64,000 nt of DNA. Source: Curvularia clavata (taxonomy: Eukaryota). Positions 11,751 to 24,496 of this stretch are shown here, piece after piece. Each line of letters starts with the position of its first letter. Positions within the stretch are counted from its first letter, which is position 1. The notes beneath the pieces were generated by a model. It was given only the letters and a program-made list of their open reading frames with translations, had not been told where the DNA came from and did not search any database. Both the position numbers and the translations under genes were made by a program. The stretch is from NCBI GenBank assembly GCA_023920165.1, contig CP089277.1, forward strand, positions 186,001 to 250,000. Reading direction: 5' to 3'.

Positions 11751-13962
11751 GCGATTTCACGTCCACAGTATCATCATTTTGGGTAGCGATGGAGTTCTGG
11801 TTGGGTCATCTATCTTTCTCATTCCTTTCGTCACAAATGTCTTGTTTGTAGGGTTTTTCTACCCAGACCATAGAAACAGGGTACATTCAATATGTGCGGC
11901 TCTACTTGTCGCTCCTATTATCGAACGATATATGCCAACTATGTGTAGCTAAAGTAAAGAAACTGACATTTCAAGTTGATGACAGCTGTCTAGTATCAAG
12001 TCTGCTTCTTCAAAGGGAATATTATACAGATTCTCAAGGCTGGGCGTACTGGTGCAGCTCAGCTGTGTGGGAATAGCGCCTTGTCGCAGCCCTGTATGTT
12101 CGAGGCAGCTGCTCCTCACGATGACCGCCGACTCTCTTTCTACTTCTATTCTGAATCCTCTTTCAAATTTCTATTGACCATGAAACATATATTGAATGCC
12201 TATAGCTCACCCCAACACGTTTCATCCCGTATTGCAGATGCGGCTAGGAGATATGTTATTGCGTGTCGCACACGCCAGTATTCTCACACAGAAAGAGGGC
12301 AATGATCCTTTTCAACTACCTCCAATTATCTCGCAAATCAAACGCCACATCGCACACAACCCCTTCATTCTTGCATTTTCTACAGCATTGCTTAATGCAG
12401 CGAATAATCCGTAAGCAGCAGATGAGTTATACGGCTGGCCCCATGCCTGACCGACACCAAAACGCCGCCTTCTCGCTATTTTATCACTGCCAAAGCATCA
12501 ACATACACTACCTATCCTGTCTCAACGCTTTTTACTTGAATTTCTGCAACAACAGTCTGCCTTGCCAAGGATGGAAGACTTCCAAGGTTTCGTGTGAGCT
12601 TTTCTTTTACAACTTGCTAACGAAAAGGGCGGGTCATAAGTTTTGGCTTCTTAACTTACTCCGCTACATTCTATTTTTTGTTTGAACGGCCTACTCAGGA
12701 AATGCCAGATCTCTTGGAAGCGTTGTTCTTTATGTCTGAGCTACCCAACACAGCAACGCATCATCATCATCACCACCATGATGTTTATGGCATACCCTCT
12801 GCTGGTCGGCTGACACTAGAAGCTCCGACTTTGTGCAATGACTCTCCGATGTATATCACAGGGCATCAGAATTCCGTTCGCCCTGAAATCCACAATGTAA
12901 GGGCGCGACCGCTTGATAGCGCCGCGGTATAGTCGCACCGGTAGGTCACTTGATGAGAGATCCACGGATAAACTACTTGACCCCCTGCTATACATCTATG
13001 AAGTGGAAAGAGTGTTGAGAAGACGTCCTATGGAAACTCATTATTACTTGTCTGTATAAGTATAGATCGCCGGGGGCCCGAGATGGGCATGAGTCAATCT
13101 TACACTTTCTTCACGCATTGCTCGTTGCTATCGGACTTCTTACACACAAGATGTTCGGATAGGGTTTCAGTCTTGTAGCTGTGGCTCGTGACAGTGTGAG
13201 ACCATCTGAGAATTACTCATTTCCATTTCTCTCTTTGGATTTGAGTTTGGTCTAACGTCAAACAGCGTTTCCTAAAAGTGATATAAAGAGCAGTCGTTAA
13301 GAAGAACGGAAAGGTGAATACTTATCCGCTAGGCATATACCTCTACTGCGAACAAAAAAGCTCCTTGTTTACTTTGCTTCCAAGTACCACACGCCTGAAA
13401 ACCTCAAGTCGACGCTGGAGATTGCATACGCAATTCTGGGACTCCGAGGCATCACACGCTAGAAACCCCAGGCGTATTGATGACAGCGGGGTGGTTCTGA
13501 TATCGCAGACGCCTAAGCTCCCGTATCGACCCTGTCATTCGCCGTCCAATCATCATACAGCAGCTCGCTGTAACCAGGAATTCTCAAGAGAAGTTCCTAC
13601 ATTACTCTCAACAAACAGGAAAACTTAGATCTCGAATCCATCTGTGTCGACTTTGTTGGATCGAGCCTCATCGAAGAAAGATCTCGAACCTGTTGGGATG
13701 CTCGAATCTTCATCCCCGTCACCCTCAAGATAATTATCTGGGTTAGCTCTGACAAATATAGACTAGCGAGTGGGGATAGGGCATCCACCGTGGGTTGGGG
13801 CAGCCCTACCCCACCCCTGCCCCGACCCATGTGCCAGTCTTAGTGGTAGAGGAGGATCTGATGAGTGGTATAAATGTAAAGCTTTGGATAACAAACGCAT
13901 CATTTAATGATTAAAATTAACATTATCCATTACACATTCGACTGTACGCACCACCAGTCTCA

Positions 13963-15282
13963 CTAAATACCCACACAGAAATACGTGTTCGCCCACATCG
14001 TCCTGCAGTCGCTTCCAACTCCTGGGTTCCACTTGACAAAATCAGCTAGACTGGTCTTGTTGTAGCTAGTAAGCTGGCTGCAAACCACGCCCTCGGCCGC
14101 ATAATGGAACTTCTTGCAATTCGAAATCATTCCAGGTTGCGTGGGCTGTGGCGTCTGAATGCCGTTTCCCGCGCTGGTGGTAGGCGTTGGCGATGATCCT
14201 CCAATCACGTCAACGCAAACATTGACATCGGCCCACATGCCGGAGCAATCGTCCTTCACGGTAGGGTTCCACTTGACAAAGTCTTGGAGAGTGATCTTCT
14301 GATAGCTAATCACCTGACTGCACACTACACCCTGGTTGATGAAATGGAACTTGTTGCAGTTTGCGACCTATTGACGAAGTCAGTGAATGTGTCGGATATA
14401 GTTCGTACATGGAATTCTCACCATGCCTGGCTGCGTCGGCTGAGGCGTTTGGATCCCGTTTCCTGGACTGGTAGTAGTGCTGGGCTTGGTAGTCGTTGTG
14501 GCGCCAATGACGCGGACGCATACATTCACCAGCTTCTGTAGACCTGTGCAATCGGTGTTGACCGATGGATTCCATCGGTAGAGATCCTCCATTGAGATTT
14601 TCTGGTAGCTGAGGACTTGGCTACAGACAGTGTTTGGGCCAATATAGTGGAACTTGTTGCAGTTTGAAACCTGGCAGATTCGTAGGTACGAAGTTAGTTC
14701 ATGCTCACTTGCATTGTTTTGTACTTGTATCTCTTACCATGCCGGGCTGAGTGGGCTGAGGCGTTTCGACTCCATTTCCAGCGCTGGTGGTCGTGGTCGT
14801 TGATGGCGGCGTTGACTGGCTTGCAGAGCTTGTGGCTATGGGCTTTGGCGAGGTCGTGAACGTCGAGGGCGTAAGCACAGCTGACGGTAGTACAGATGAA
14901 GCAGAGCTCGAAGTCGGAGCTGGAGCGAGGGCTGTCACCTCATCGGCGGTCTCAATGCAGTACGACTCTCCGACAACTAGGTTGTCGCAGGCTGCGTTTA
15001 CAGAAGGGTTCTATATGTCTTGTCAGTGCGGTCATAAGTACGTAGAGGCTGCGGATTTCTTACCCATCGACAAAACTCTTCAAGGTTGATGAAGTTAGCC
15101 TCAAGCATATCCGCACAGGATCCAACAGACTCGTAGTCCAGCCACCAACTGTAGTATTTGGTAGTGTCATCCGCATATGGCAACGCTGGAGACGGTCCAT
15201 CGCGAGGCAAGATGCGGGCTGCTGATACAGCTACATGGAAGAAGCCGCCGATCAAGAGAAGACTAGCAGTTGAGGATAACGT
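13963..15282 (-). CDS. Secreted multi-LysM effector-type protein (4 LysM); start codon reads ACG, possibly pseudogenising
   Basis: Four WNP-containing Cys-flanked LysM modules separated by T/S linkers and TPQPTQPGM motifs; three GT-AG introns keep the frame. Signal peptide begins at gccACG (15282) and no in-frame ATG is present upstream. Confidence 0.8.
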
Positions 15283-15926
15283 GGCTGTGAATGTAGGAGT
15301 GGGTAGAAGAGAATGAATGAATGCCTGTAGACTGGTCTTCAGTATACACTCATTTCCTTATATGCATCTGAGGAATGTCTTGCTAGAGGCATTCCTCGGA
15401 TGGATTCGCGCCATCAAGATCGAGGTCAATTCCGACACAATCAAACTCGTATGTACGAAGCTGGCTCGAGATATCCAATATTGCTTCTATCACAAGCAAT
15501 AGTTTCTGAAGTAGCGAAAGGTCAAGCGAGCTCCAAAGGGTGGTGCCCTTAGAATAGCAACCACATAGGTGCTCCATGGCCCCGTTGACAGATCTGGACC
15601 TGGGCGAGCGATCCGTGTACTGTGTAGAGCAAGAAATCAGATCACTTTGTGGAGTAATTACAAACGCTAGTATAGGGCCCCTGTGCCGTCCAGACATGCG
15701 GCAGAGATCCGTTGCGGTGGTTACCGGCGGCGGCGCGGCGGCGTTGCGACTCCATCGGGGATGGTCTGTTAGCATCATAGCTACATTGTATGGCACGTGT
15801 CAGTCTATTTACCCCAAGCCCTTGGCAAACTGGTCATAACCTTGCGCTAAACTGCGTGATAAAGCGAGATATCGTTAGTGGTGCAATATCAATACTGCAG
15901 GATTGAGGCACAGTCAGGTAGCCCTG

Positions 15927-16179
15927 CACCCGGTGGAAGAAATTACTGACTCACAAATGCCTTGCAATTCACACTAACAATATTACTCTTATCTGATTTT
16001 TACTTCTTGAAAGTTGTTAAACAACTTTCAGGGACTATAAAATGATGTGTATTCTTTTTAGTAAATTGATAGTATTATAGTAGATTTCTAGACCTCTAAA
16101 GTAAAGAAGTTTAAAGGATTTAGGTTGTTTTGGTAAGGTGTGGCCCATGCTGAGTCCTAGTAATTTCTTCCACCGGGTG
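15927..16179. mobile_element. Non-autonomous TIR element (MITE), 253 bp, 5-bp TSD CCCTG
   Basis: Perfect 21-bp TIRs CACCCGGTGGAAGAAATTACT (15927-15947 / 16159-16179). CCCTG flanks both sides (15922-15926, 16180-16184). AT-rich non-coding interior. Confidence 0.88.
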
Positions 16180-16955
16180 CCCTGTAAAAGTCCCTGGGAA
16201 AGCTTTGACCCCGGTGCCTTGCATTTGTCAGGGGTTACTAGCCGAGACTACGTACTACCAGCCGCCATCTACACCGGAAATTCGCATAGATTATAGGGAG
16301 AGCTGAATACAGGCGTTTCTTTTCAAACTGGATACCTACATAGCTGGAATAAGAGTGCTTTCGAGTAGTAACCCTGTCTATTTCGCTCGTAGCTGGCAAA
16401 AGGCGGTAGCTACCCGGTTGAGGGATGATGCTGTAAACTTCGGGATATAACTATGTATCAACACGGAATGAGTGGTGCAATAACAGACATTCAGACTACG
16501 CTCAGTGCGTTTGACTCTCATTTTAGGCTGCAAGATTTTTTCCTCGACGGCACGGACTCAGGTGTTCTCGGCATTCATCGTCCAAGCTTTGTGTATCGAT
16601 GCCAAGCAAGCCCACTTCCCTGACGCCGAGCAATACGAGTTTCTCTTGCGGGACTTGCTTAGCGATAAGAGACAATTTAGGTAGCACAGTTTAGAGTGTT
16701 CAGGACGAAGAATGAAGGAGTTTGAAACGCGAGTGCTATTATACCGCGGTGAAACATCTTGACTACAGTTTACGCTTGTGCTAAGACGGCAGTGAAAATC
16801 CTCCGCAGGGAGGCGGAAACTAATTTTTTACGGAATTGAAGCATTCTCTTGGGCACCTAGCAAGGAGATAGGCGAGGATTCACACAAGGAATCAACGAAG
16901 ATCATATTACAAGTATATCACATCGACCGAGAACACCTGCTGACACAGCGTGAGC

Positions 16956-17843
16956 CTAAAAGACCATTCCAAAGAGAGCTCTGTTCTTCATGGCGCCGTT
17001 GCTCGCCACAGCGGCCTGGATACTGGCGCTTTTAGTAGCAGTGGTTGTGACACTGGCGCTCTTAGTGGTAGTGGTTGTGACACTGACGCTCTTAGTGGTA
17101 GTGGTTGTGCCACTCGCGCTACTAGCGATAATGGCGACTGGCGTATCGTTCTCCAACGCCTCGAAAACGTTGATAACGCCCTTGCCTCCACACATCTCGG
17201 CCTCGTCGCCAGCGCAAGGAGCGTTGCAGTCGGTCTGATCTTTTGTCCACTCGCCGCCTACGTAGCTGCTGCACCAACACTGATTGCCTTCCTGTACACC
17301 CGCAAATTGGAAGGCGCGGCGGTAGCAGCTGTCCTTGCACTTGGGAATGGTCAGGAATGTGTCTCCGTTTGCATTCATGTTCAGCTCGAGGACCGGGCGG
17401 GTCGGATTCTGAGCATAGCATCCCAAAGCGTCCCAGGCGGTAGGGGAAGGCGCGAGAGAAGAAGCTTCGCTCGTTGTGGCGGTCTTCAGCACGGAAGAGG
17501 TTGTTGTGGGTTTGCCGCTGTCCAATTTGCTTTGCGTCATGACGCAGTAGGATTGCCAATGCCAGCCGCTGCAATCAAGGCCGACCGAAGGGTTCCATTC
17601 GTTGAACTCTTCTGGCGTGCCTGTGTATTAAAGTACAAGATCAGTATGGATGAGTTGTTGGCTGGGCAAATAGAGCTTACTGCCGACGATCTTGCGTATG
17701 TATTCGCAAGTGTCGCCTTGGCCGTTGTTGTACCAATCGACACAGTCCTTAACTGTGTCGGGGTCCCATTGGAGGAGCGGACGGCTTGTGGAGACGGCTC
17801 GCTGAGCGAACGCTGCAAAGAGCAATGCCAGAGAAGTCCTCAT
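16956..17843 (-). CDS. Secreted LysM-like + WSC domain protein
   Basis: Signal peptide; DTCEY..|STPEEFNEWNPSVGLDC..SYC LysM-like module across one intron; WSC motif LGCY..C..C..FAGVQEGNQCWC..CNAPCAGD..CGG; 30-bp Thr-rich repeats. Confidence 0.85.
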
Positions 17844-18524
17844 AATGCAAGCTTGCTGGTGGGCACAGTTGACGAAAGACGTCTTTGAGGGATGGAAATA
17901 TATGAGGGGGAAGTGTAGTATGGTACCCTTTGTGGAGTCAGGAGGAAGGTACAAACTCTGACTCTCTCCCATAAAGAAATGCGTTTACTTGTGCCGACTT
18001 GATTAGGCTGTTGGTGCTGAATTCTAGAGCGCGCAGGACAGCCAAGCCTTGGAAGGGGACATGGAGCATCCTTCGACCACGCCATTTCCTATGTAGGGGC
18101 CTTCTTAGTCCGGATTTGTCGACCGACTCGGAGGGTGTCGCTGTTTCGAGCTGGTTTTTATCTCGGTAAACGTGCGCTTGTGACATGGTATGGCCCCATG
18201 GTGTAGCCGCCCCAGCCTCGGTCCATTTAGATTGCGGGTCGCAGGGTCTCCAAGACGCTGGCCCGTGCGCACTTGCACTCGGTACCTGCATCAGTCTTGG
18301 CGCAGCAGACAGGTCGCCTAAAGTCGAGCCTGATTCTGTTCAGCAACATTTCGCCGCACCGTGCTTGATCTGAATATTTCCATAGTCCAAGGCTAGTCGC
18401 TACGTAGCATTCCCAATTCTCTTCTTCACCTGTTTCTTACAGCATATCGACCCCTTTGCTGCCAGCGCCTCTTCCAACTAGCGCTACTAGCGCTAGCATA
18501 CCTACTCGGCTGCTATCCTACACC

Positions 18525-19190
18525 ATGACCACTTTTCATCCATTTCCACGGCTTCCTTTGGAGCTCTGAGAGCAAATCTGGAAGGACACTGTCGAACCGC
18601 GCACCGTCGATGTCCGGCGTCTCCGAACGAGGGGTCTAACCGGTACTCAAAGATGGGGTCAAACCTTAACCCTCTCGTCTACGCCAGTACCAGCCATACT
18701 GCAGTCCTGCCGGGAAGCCCGAAACCTTGGGCTTTACAAGCGAATCTTCATGCCCACTGATGAGACGGGAGACGGGCCTCTCGACACCAAGCAGCGCTAT
18801 GTCTGGCTGGATCTAGACATTGATATGGTGGATATTGGCGCTTCTGAATTCCGCTGGTACAAATCCATCGCATTAGCAATTAAGCGTCTCAAGTTTGAAC
18901 GAGAGAATAGTGATGAGTTCTTCTGGAATACTGAATCAAGTGAACTCGTGATGTTTGTTAATGTGGAAGAGATTCATATTGTCTGCGCAGATGGTTTCTG
19001 GATGTGGGGTGGGGGTGTATATGACCATCCCTGGCCCTGCACTGAAGAAAAACTGCTGTTCATTGACCCATCCGATGGTCGAGTTGCACGTGGCTTGGAA
19101 TTGGAAGCCATATATGAACAGATGCTGAAGGCCGCTCGGCTAGCAGCTAATGGCGGAGAATTTTCCACTGATGACGAGTTTAGCAGCTGA
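18525..19190 (+). pseudogene. 2EXR-domain protein with premature stop
   Basis: MTTFHPFPRLPLEL*EQIW...PVPAILQSCREAR matches the fungal 2EXR pattern. TGA at 18567-18569 sits where Arg (CGA) is expected; the frame is otherwise open to 19190. Confidence 0.78.
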
Positions 19191-19535
19191 ATCAATGCTA
19201 CCAATGAAAAACTGTTGATTACTCCAAAACTATCTGACAACACTGTAACCCAACCCTGAGTCCTGAGGGTCTTCACCGAACTCTAACAACGGCTCCCCCT
19301 CCCTTCAACTATCAACCGCAGGCACGCGGTTGAGTTTGAATTTGCTTAAAAGAATTGATCACCTGATTGTGATCTCTAGCGTTTGCATCACTTTTGGGGC
19401 CGCTGCCATACCACCCTTGCAAGAAGTTTGTGATTTTATTGCCCGCATCCATGTCACCTGCCTCGCGAGCTGCTTGTTCGTTCTTGGCTGACGTACCTAG
19501 TCACCGTGATACTGTTACTGACATGAGCTGATTAG

Positions 19536-21098
19536 CTATGTGGATCCGATGGCCGCGGCGCAGGTTATAGTTTGGGAATCGTTGCCACAAGTGCGAATAA
19601 TCTCGCCTTTACTCAGGAAGCTGTGAGGACCTAGGCGAGTGGAGCTTTCGTATCAGCCACTGCGGGAGAGGAGTGGATGAATGTCGACCTTCGAGTCCCT
19701 GGCCCTATAGCTGGCGCCTTGAATAGTACTAATACCACAACTGCAGCGAACAATACTACACCTGCTCGCATGGAATCCAGATTACGTCTTAATATCAGGG
19801 CTGATTGCAGGACAACCACAGTCCAGTCCGGCGATGGTTGTTACACAGTCGCAAGTCGGTCCGGAATTAGCCAGGTCGATCTCCAAAAGGTCAACCGCCA
19901 GAATCTCTGCAATACGCTTATAAAAGATGAAAAGGTCTGCTGTAGCACGGGAACTCTGCCAAGCACTTTGCCTGCTGGTAATTCGGATGGCACCTGTAAA
20001 ACCATAGAAGTTTGTTAGCGGCGATAGCTGCGGTTCCCTTGCTTCAAAGTGCGGCATCAGCTCAGCAGACTTTATGAAGGTAAACACCAAAACTGACCTC
20101 TGCTCAAAATTAATTGAAGGTCAAAAAGTCTGCTGCTCGAATCGTAAATACCCAAATATAAAACCAAAGAAGGATGCAAACGGCAATTGCGCCGTGTATA
20201 TGACGAAGAAAGACGACTATTGCTCTAAGATCACAGTCTCCCGTGACATAACGGTGGCCGAGCTTGAGACTTTTAACAAGAAAACATGGGGTTGGAACGG
20301 GTGCGACCGTCTCTTCCCAGACTTCAAAATGTATGTCAGTGAGGGCAGCCCTCCCATGCCTGCCAACGTTCCGGTACTTATACATCCCTCCATTCCATTA
20401 TCATAACGAGATGAGAGCACCATGACTGACAAACCCGCTTTTCTAGAACGCCATGTGTGGAACAATGGTAAGAACTCTTTCCCATTTCCTGAAGTTAGAG
20501 CACAAAGATTAACGAAACAAGATGAATGGCACAACCCAACCGCCCTCTGGAACAGACTTGGCTACCCTCAATCCTTGCCCACTGAGCGATTGCTATAACA
20601 TTTGGGGCCAGTGTGGCATGACCGATGATTTTTGGGTCATCTCCAAGTCCGAGTCGGGTGCTCCCGGAACTTCTGCTCCTGGCAAAAACGGCTGTAAGTA
20701 CCCCCCATCTTTGGCGGAGCATCTATGCCTCCGAAGTTCGCGACGTCGTTGCGTGGATATTCTCTACAGATGTTCTTCTGCTCGTCGCTATATCACGTTT
20801 CAATAGCTAATTGGGGCATAGGCATCAGCAACTATGGCAGAGACATCATCAAGGGTTCAGCTCCAGCAAGCAAGATAAAGCTGGCATGTTATGAGAGCTG
20901 GAATTTCAACCCCGTGAGCCTTCTTATGTGAACGTCAAATTCAGCACACACTGACTGAAGTGATTTACAGCTTGTTTGACAATGCACGTCGACCAAATCG
21001 ATACGTCCACCTATACCCATATACATTTCGCGTTTGCGAATGTCACCCGAGGTGACTACCGGGTTGAGATCACTGATCCCAAGGTTCTGGAACAATTC
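19536..21098 (+). pseudogene. Remnant of subgroup-C (killer-toxin alpha/beta-like) GH18 chitinase: 3 LysM + CBM18 + truncated GH18
   Basis: LysM modules (VQSGDGC, VSGDSCGSLASKC, TWGWNGC), CBM18 (NPCPL..C.NIWGQCG), GH18 start (YTHIHFAFANVT). Stop at 19632-19634, frameshift near 20010-20018, no 5' end, and it ends before the DxDxE motif. Confidence 0.88.
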
Positions 21099-21586
21099 GT
21101 ACGTGCTGTGAATGGATGAAATGTGAGATTTGGATCCAAGACTATACTTGCTCGGCCGCTACATTTAACAAGGACCGAAGAGACCCATGAATCAATCACA
21201 GCATACAGGAAAAAAAAATGTGTTGTTATAAGAGCACATCGAGACCACGCACATTACATTCCTACAGCAATCCCAGACCAACCCAATACCACATCCATAG
21301 AGTCTAAAGAAACAAGGGCACAGTGAAAACACCCAGGAATGCATCTACCACCAACCCCATGTGTACAATGCCTAACAACGATACAAAACCAGAAAGAAGA
21401 TATGAAGATAGAGGTAAAGAAAAAGAAAGGGAAACCAGGGTATCCTAAAATCGCGTCCAATCCCATCAATCATGTATGCTAGAAGTGTAGAGAAAAGCAG
21501 CGAACAAACAACCAAAAAAATCTATCCTCCCTGTAATAGAAAAAAACAGAGGAAATGGGAAAAAGGGAAAGGAGATAGACAAGTGA

Positions 21587-22852
21587 TTACTGTAGCCTAA
21601 AAACCACGAGACAAGCCAAACAGCCCACCGCCAGCACAGTGCCCGAGACCTCTGGTCTCTTGAGCCAGGATCTCAGCTGCAGTGTGGATTTTGTTAGACC
21701 GGTGCTGCTACTATACTGGGCCCTGCGCATGACATTGGGATCGATGAGGCCTGATTTCTCCAGGGATGCAGTGTCGACTTGGTGTTGGGCATTAGCAGGA
21801 GCAGGTGCCGAAGTCATGTTTGCATTTGAGCCAATCATATGATCTAGCTCATCGACAAGGTCGGCGCAAAGGGCGAAAATGGATTTGGCCTCTTCGATGA
21901 TGTCGACGCGTTCGTCGGGGGTGAAGAGGTCTTCGGCAGCAGAAAGGCGAAGTTTGAATTCTGCTTTGATATCTTCTCCGTCGTGAGAGCCGGGGAAATG
22001 CCAAAAGGAGAGGCCGCGGTCTTGTAGGAGCAGCGCTTCGTTTGCTTGGTTTTCATCGTTGGTGCCGGGCCAGAAGCCTGGTGGGGCTCTGAGCAAACCT
22101 CCTCTTATCCACCTTCCACCAGAAAAGATAGCCATGTAGAAACACCATGCGTAGCTGACCAAGGTCCATGGCTTCTCGTTTACGCTCTTGCGAATGTGAG
22201 TGCAAAATTGCGCTACTTTGTCTCCTGGGTACTTGGCGAGAAGGACTTCGAGATCGGTGGGATGCAGACCCAGCAGGTGTTCCAGGTCCCGCTTTAAACG
22301 GCCAGAGCGAATCAGACCTCTGGGGCGTAGGGATTGCAGGAAGGAAGCGAGTTGTGGAGACGGGGGTGTTGGCGCACCGAGCGTTGATGTGAAGAGCGAG
22401 GGCGAGTCGTAGGGATTTACGAGGAGATAAGATAGCAGTGGGGAAAAGGGCGAAGAAGCACCCTCGGGATCCATGGCCTGCTGAGTAGGCGGGGATTGTA
22501 GGTTGGAGGGGGCATAGTCGCGCAGCAAGTCGGCCCACAACGACTCAAAAGTCAGGAAGATGTGGGCAAAATGCAGCAGGCCTGTCGCGTAGAATGTGGG
22601 GTCGGCGGTATGAGGTGGCAGAGCAAGCGGGAGACGAGAAGTAATGAGGCGATTCAGATTTGTGTGGAGGGTGCTATACAGGGCCAAAAATCAGCGAGCT
22701 GGCTGGCAAACACCCAGAATCGAAAAACTGGGTGGGAGAGGGTAATAGTACCGTGTTGCGGCATTGATTTCACCCGACAGCGAGAGCGGCAACCTGGGAG
22801 CGTCATGTGGCCGCCCATCTTCGCGCAAGTTGTATTCCTGCTTCTCTAACAT
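21587..22852 (-). CDS. Heme oxygenase-like protein (Hmx1-like), C-terminal TM anchor
   Basis: EINAATR|TLH proximal His region across one intron; YMAIFSGGR distal helix motif; GLSFWHF; IIEEAKSIF; hydrophobic C-terminus. Confidence 0.85.
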
Positions 22853-23170
22853 GTTTGGTCGCGGGAAAGGGTAAAAAAAAATCTCGGGACAGCGAATATT
22901 GCGGCTCAAAGGTAGGCAAGGCTTGGAGGAAATGGGAGTTGAATACTCTAGGAAGGTGGATGTTTCTAGGCCCGGCGGTCGAAAGGGCCGGAAGCAGGAC
23001 GAAGGCGGGTCCTTAAAGCCAATAAAGTAGGGCGGCACGCGCTCAAGGCACGAGGCGAGGGCAGCAGGAAAGACCAAAAGCACGTGGAGCTACTGTGCTG
23101 GTACTGCTGCTCGCACGCGCGCCGCATTCTGTGGATACGAGCGATGCAGACTGACTGCGGGATCGGGTTG

Positions 23171-23200
23171 GGGCGAGGGCGAGGGCGAGGGCGAGGGCGA
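23171..23200. repeat. (GGGCGA)5 microsatellite
   Basis: Five perfect hexamer copies upstream of the heme oxygenase-like ATG. Confidence 0.9.
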
Positions 23201-23800
23201 GGTTCGAGGCTCGTAGTGGCGTTGGTATGATGCAATCGACGCGGCCAGGCGCATGGCCGTTGAGCAGGGATTATCGACTAGGGCGAGGCCTTGATCTGAG
23301 GCGTTGGGGGAGTCTGCAGCAAGCGAACATGTCGTATATTGGCTGGGTGTGAGGGGATGCAGAGTGCGGAGAGAAAAGCAATGGGGATTTTCAGGGTCTG
23401 GAGGATAGGTTGTGTGCAAGGTGAAGATGGTGGGGAGGGTTGCATTTGCATGCGGCGTAGGACCGATTGCCCTCGCGATCCACGGGAATGGCCGCCGCAG
23501 GCCCCATCGCCCCGGCCCCTGCGCCTGAGGCTGATTGAATACCAAGCATCCAATCCTCGTCCGCCGCCATGTCACTCTAGGGGTAGATGCTTTACACAGA
23601 TTGGGGAATCAATGACATTGGTTGACATGCCTAGCGTATCCTACCATCCCCACACTAAAGCCGCTACCATCGACTGCTTACATACACGGTGCCAGAGTCT
23701 CTTTAAACGACTGGCTGTGCCTAACCAGGTAAAGCTATATGCAGTTGTCCAGCATCCGTAACGTAAGCTACTCAGAAAAGTCATTGAATAGTTCCTAGGC

Positions 23801-24496
23801 TCAAGTCCAGTCGAAGTTGACATTACGACGTTCCTTGACTTCGCCGGGCGTTGGATCGCCGCAGACTGGTGCCCAGACTTGAGCCTCAAACTGGCCCTTT
23901 GCAACGTTGTTGCCAAAGAACGAGTAGTCTGCATGTGTTAGCAAATGTTCATGTGCCTCTCAGGCTACTCACAGCAGTAGAAGCGGCCGGGGAAGTTGAC
24001 AGTGCCGTCACATTCACCGACAGCACAGCCAATGCGGGTGCTGTTGCGCCACACCATCTGGGTGAAGTGGCCCCAGGCTGCCTCAAAGTGGGGGTTGTCA
24101 TAGGGGTACTTTGTCTCCTCCTCGTGCCAGCCGTGCGAAGCAGTACGTGCAAACTCAATCCAGTCACTGTATTTGCCAGGCGCTGGGCTCACCGAAGAGA
24201 GGTTGCTGCCCGCGCGTTTCTGCTCTCGTTAGTCATTGGTCTGCTCTTCCTTGGGCACGACCACTTGCATGTTCTGCGTTCTTGGGGCACTCCTCAATGT
24301 CCTGGCGAGCAGCATCGGCAAGCTCAGTGTCCCAGACAAGGTCTTGAGCGCAGTGAAGCCTACGCCAGTACCAGTGGGCGCGCATGACGGCACTGATGAA
24401 GTTGGGGTCGTTCTGGTCAGGAACGCCGCTATCGTGAGCTGGAGCTGCGACTACCATGGCCACAATGAGGGCAACCAGTGCAATGAGCAGCTTCAT
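23801..24496 (-). CDS. Secreted CAP/SCP/PR-1-like protein
   Basis: Signal peptide; AHWYWRRLH..LVWD..LA; GHFTQMVWRNSTRIGCA signature; two introns, the first GC-AG (24268-24220). Confidence 0.9.

Noticed and set aside
16950..17888. 312-aa plus-strand ORF
   Set aside because: Antisense shadow of the LysM-WSC gene.
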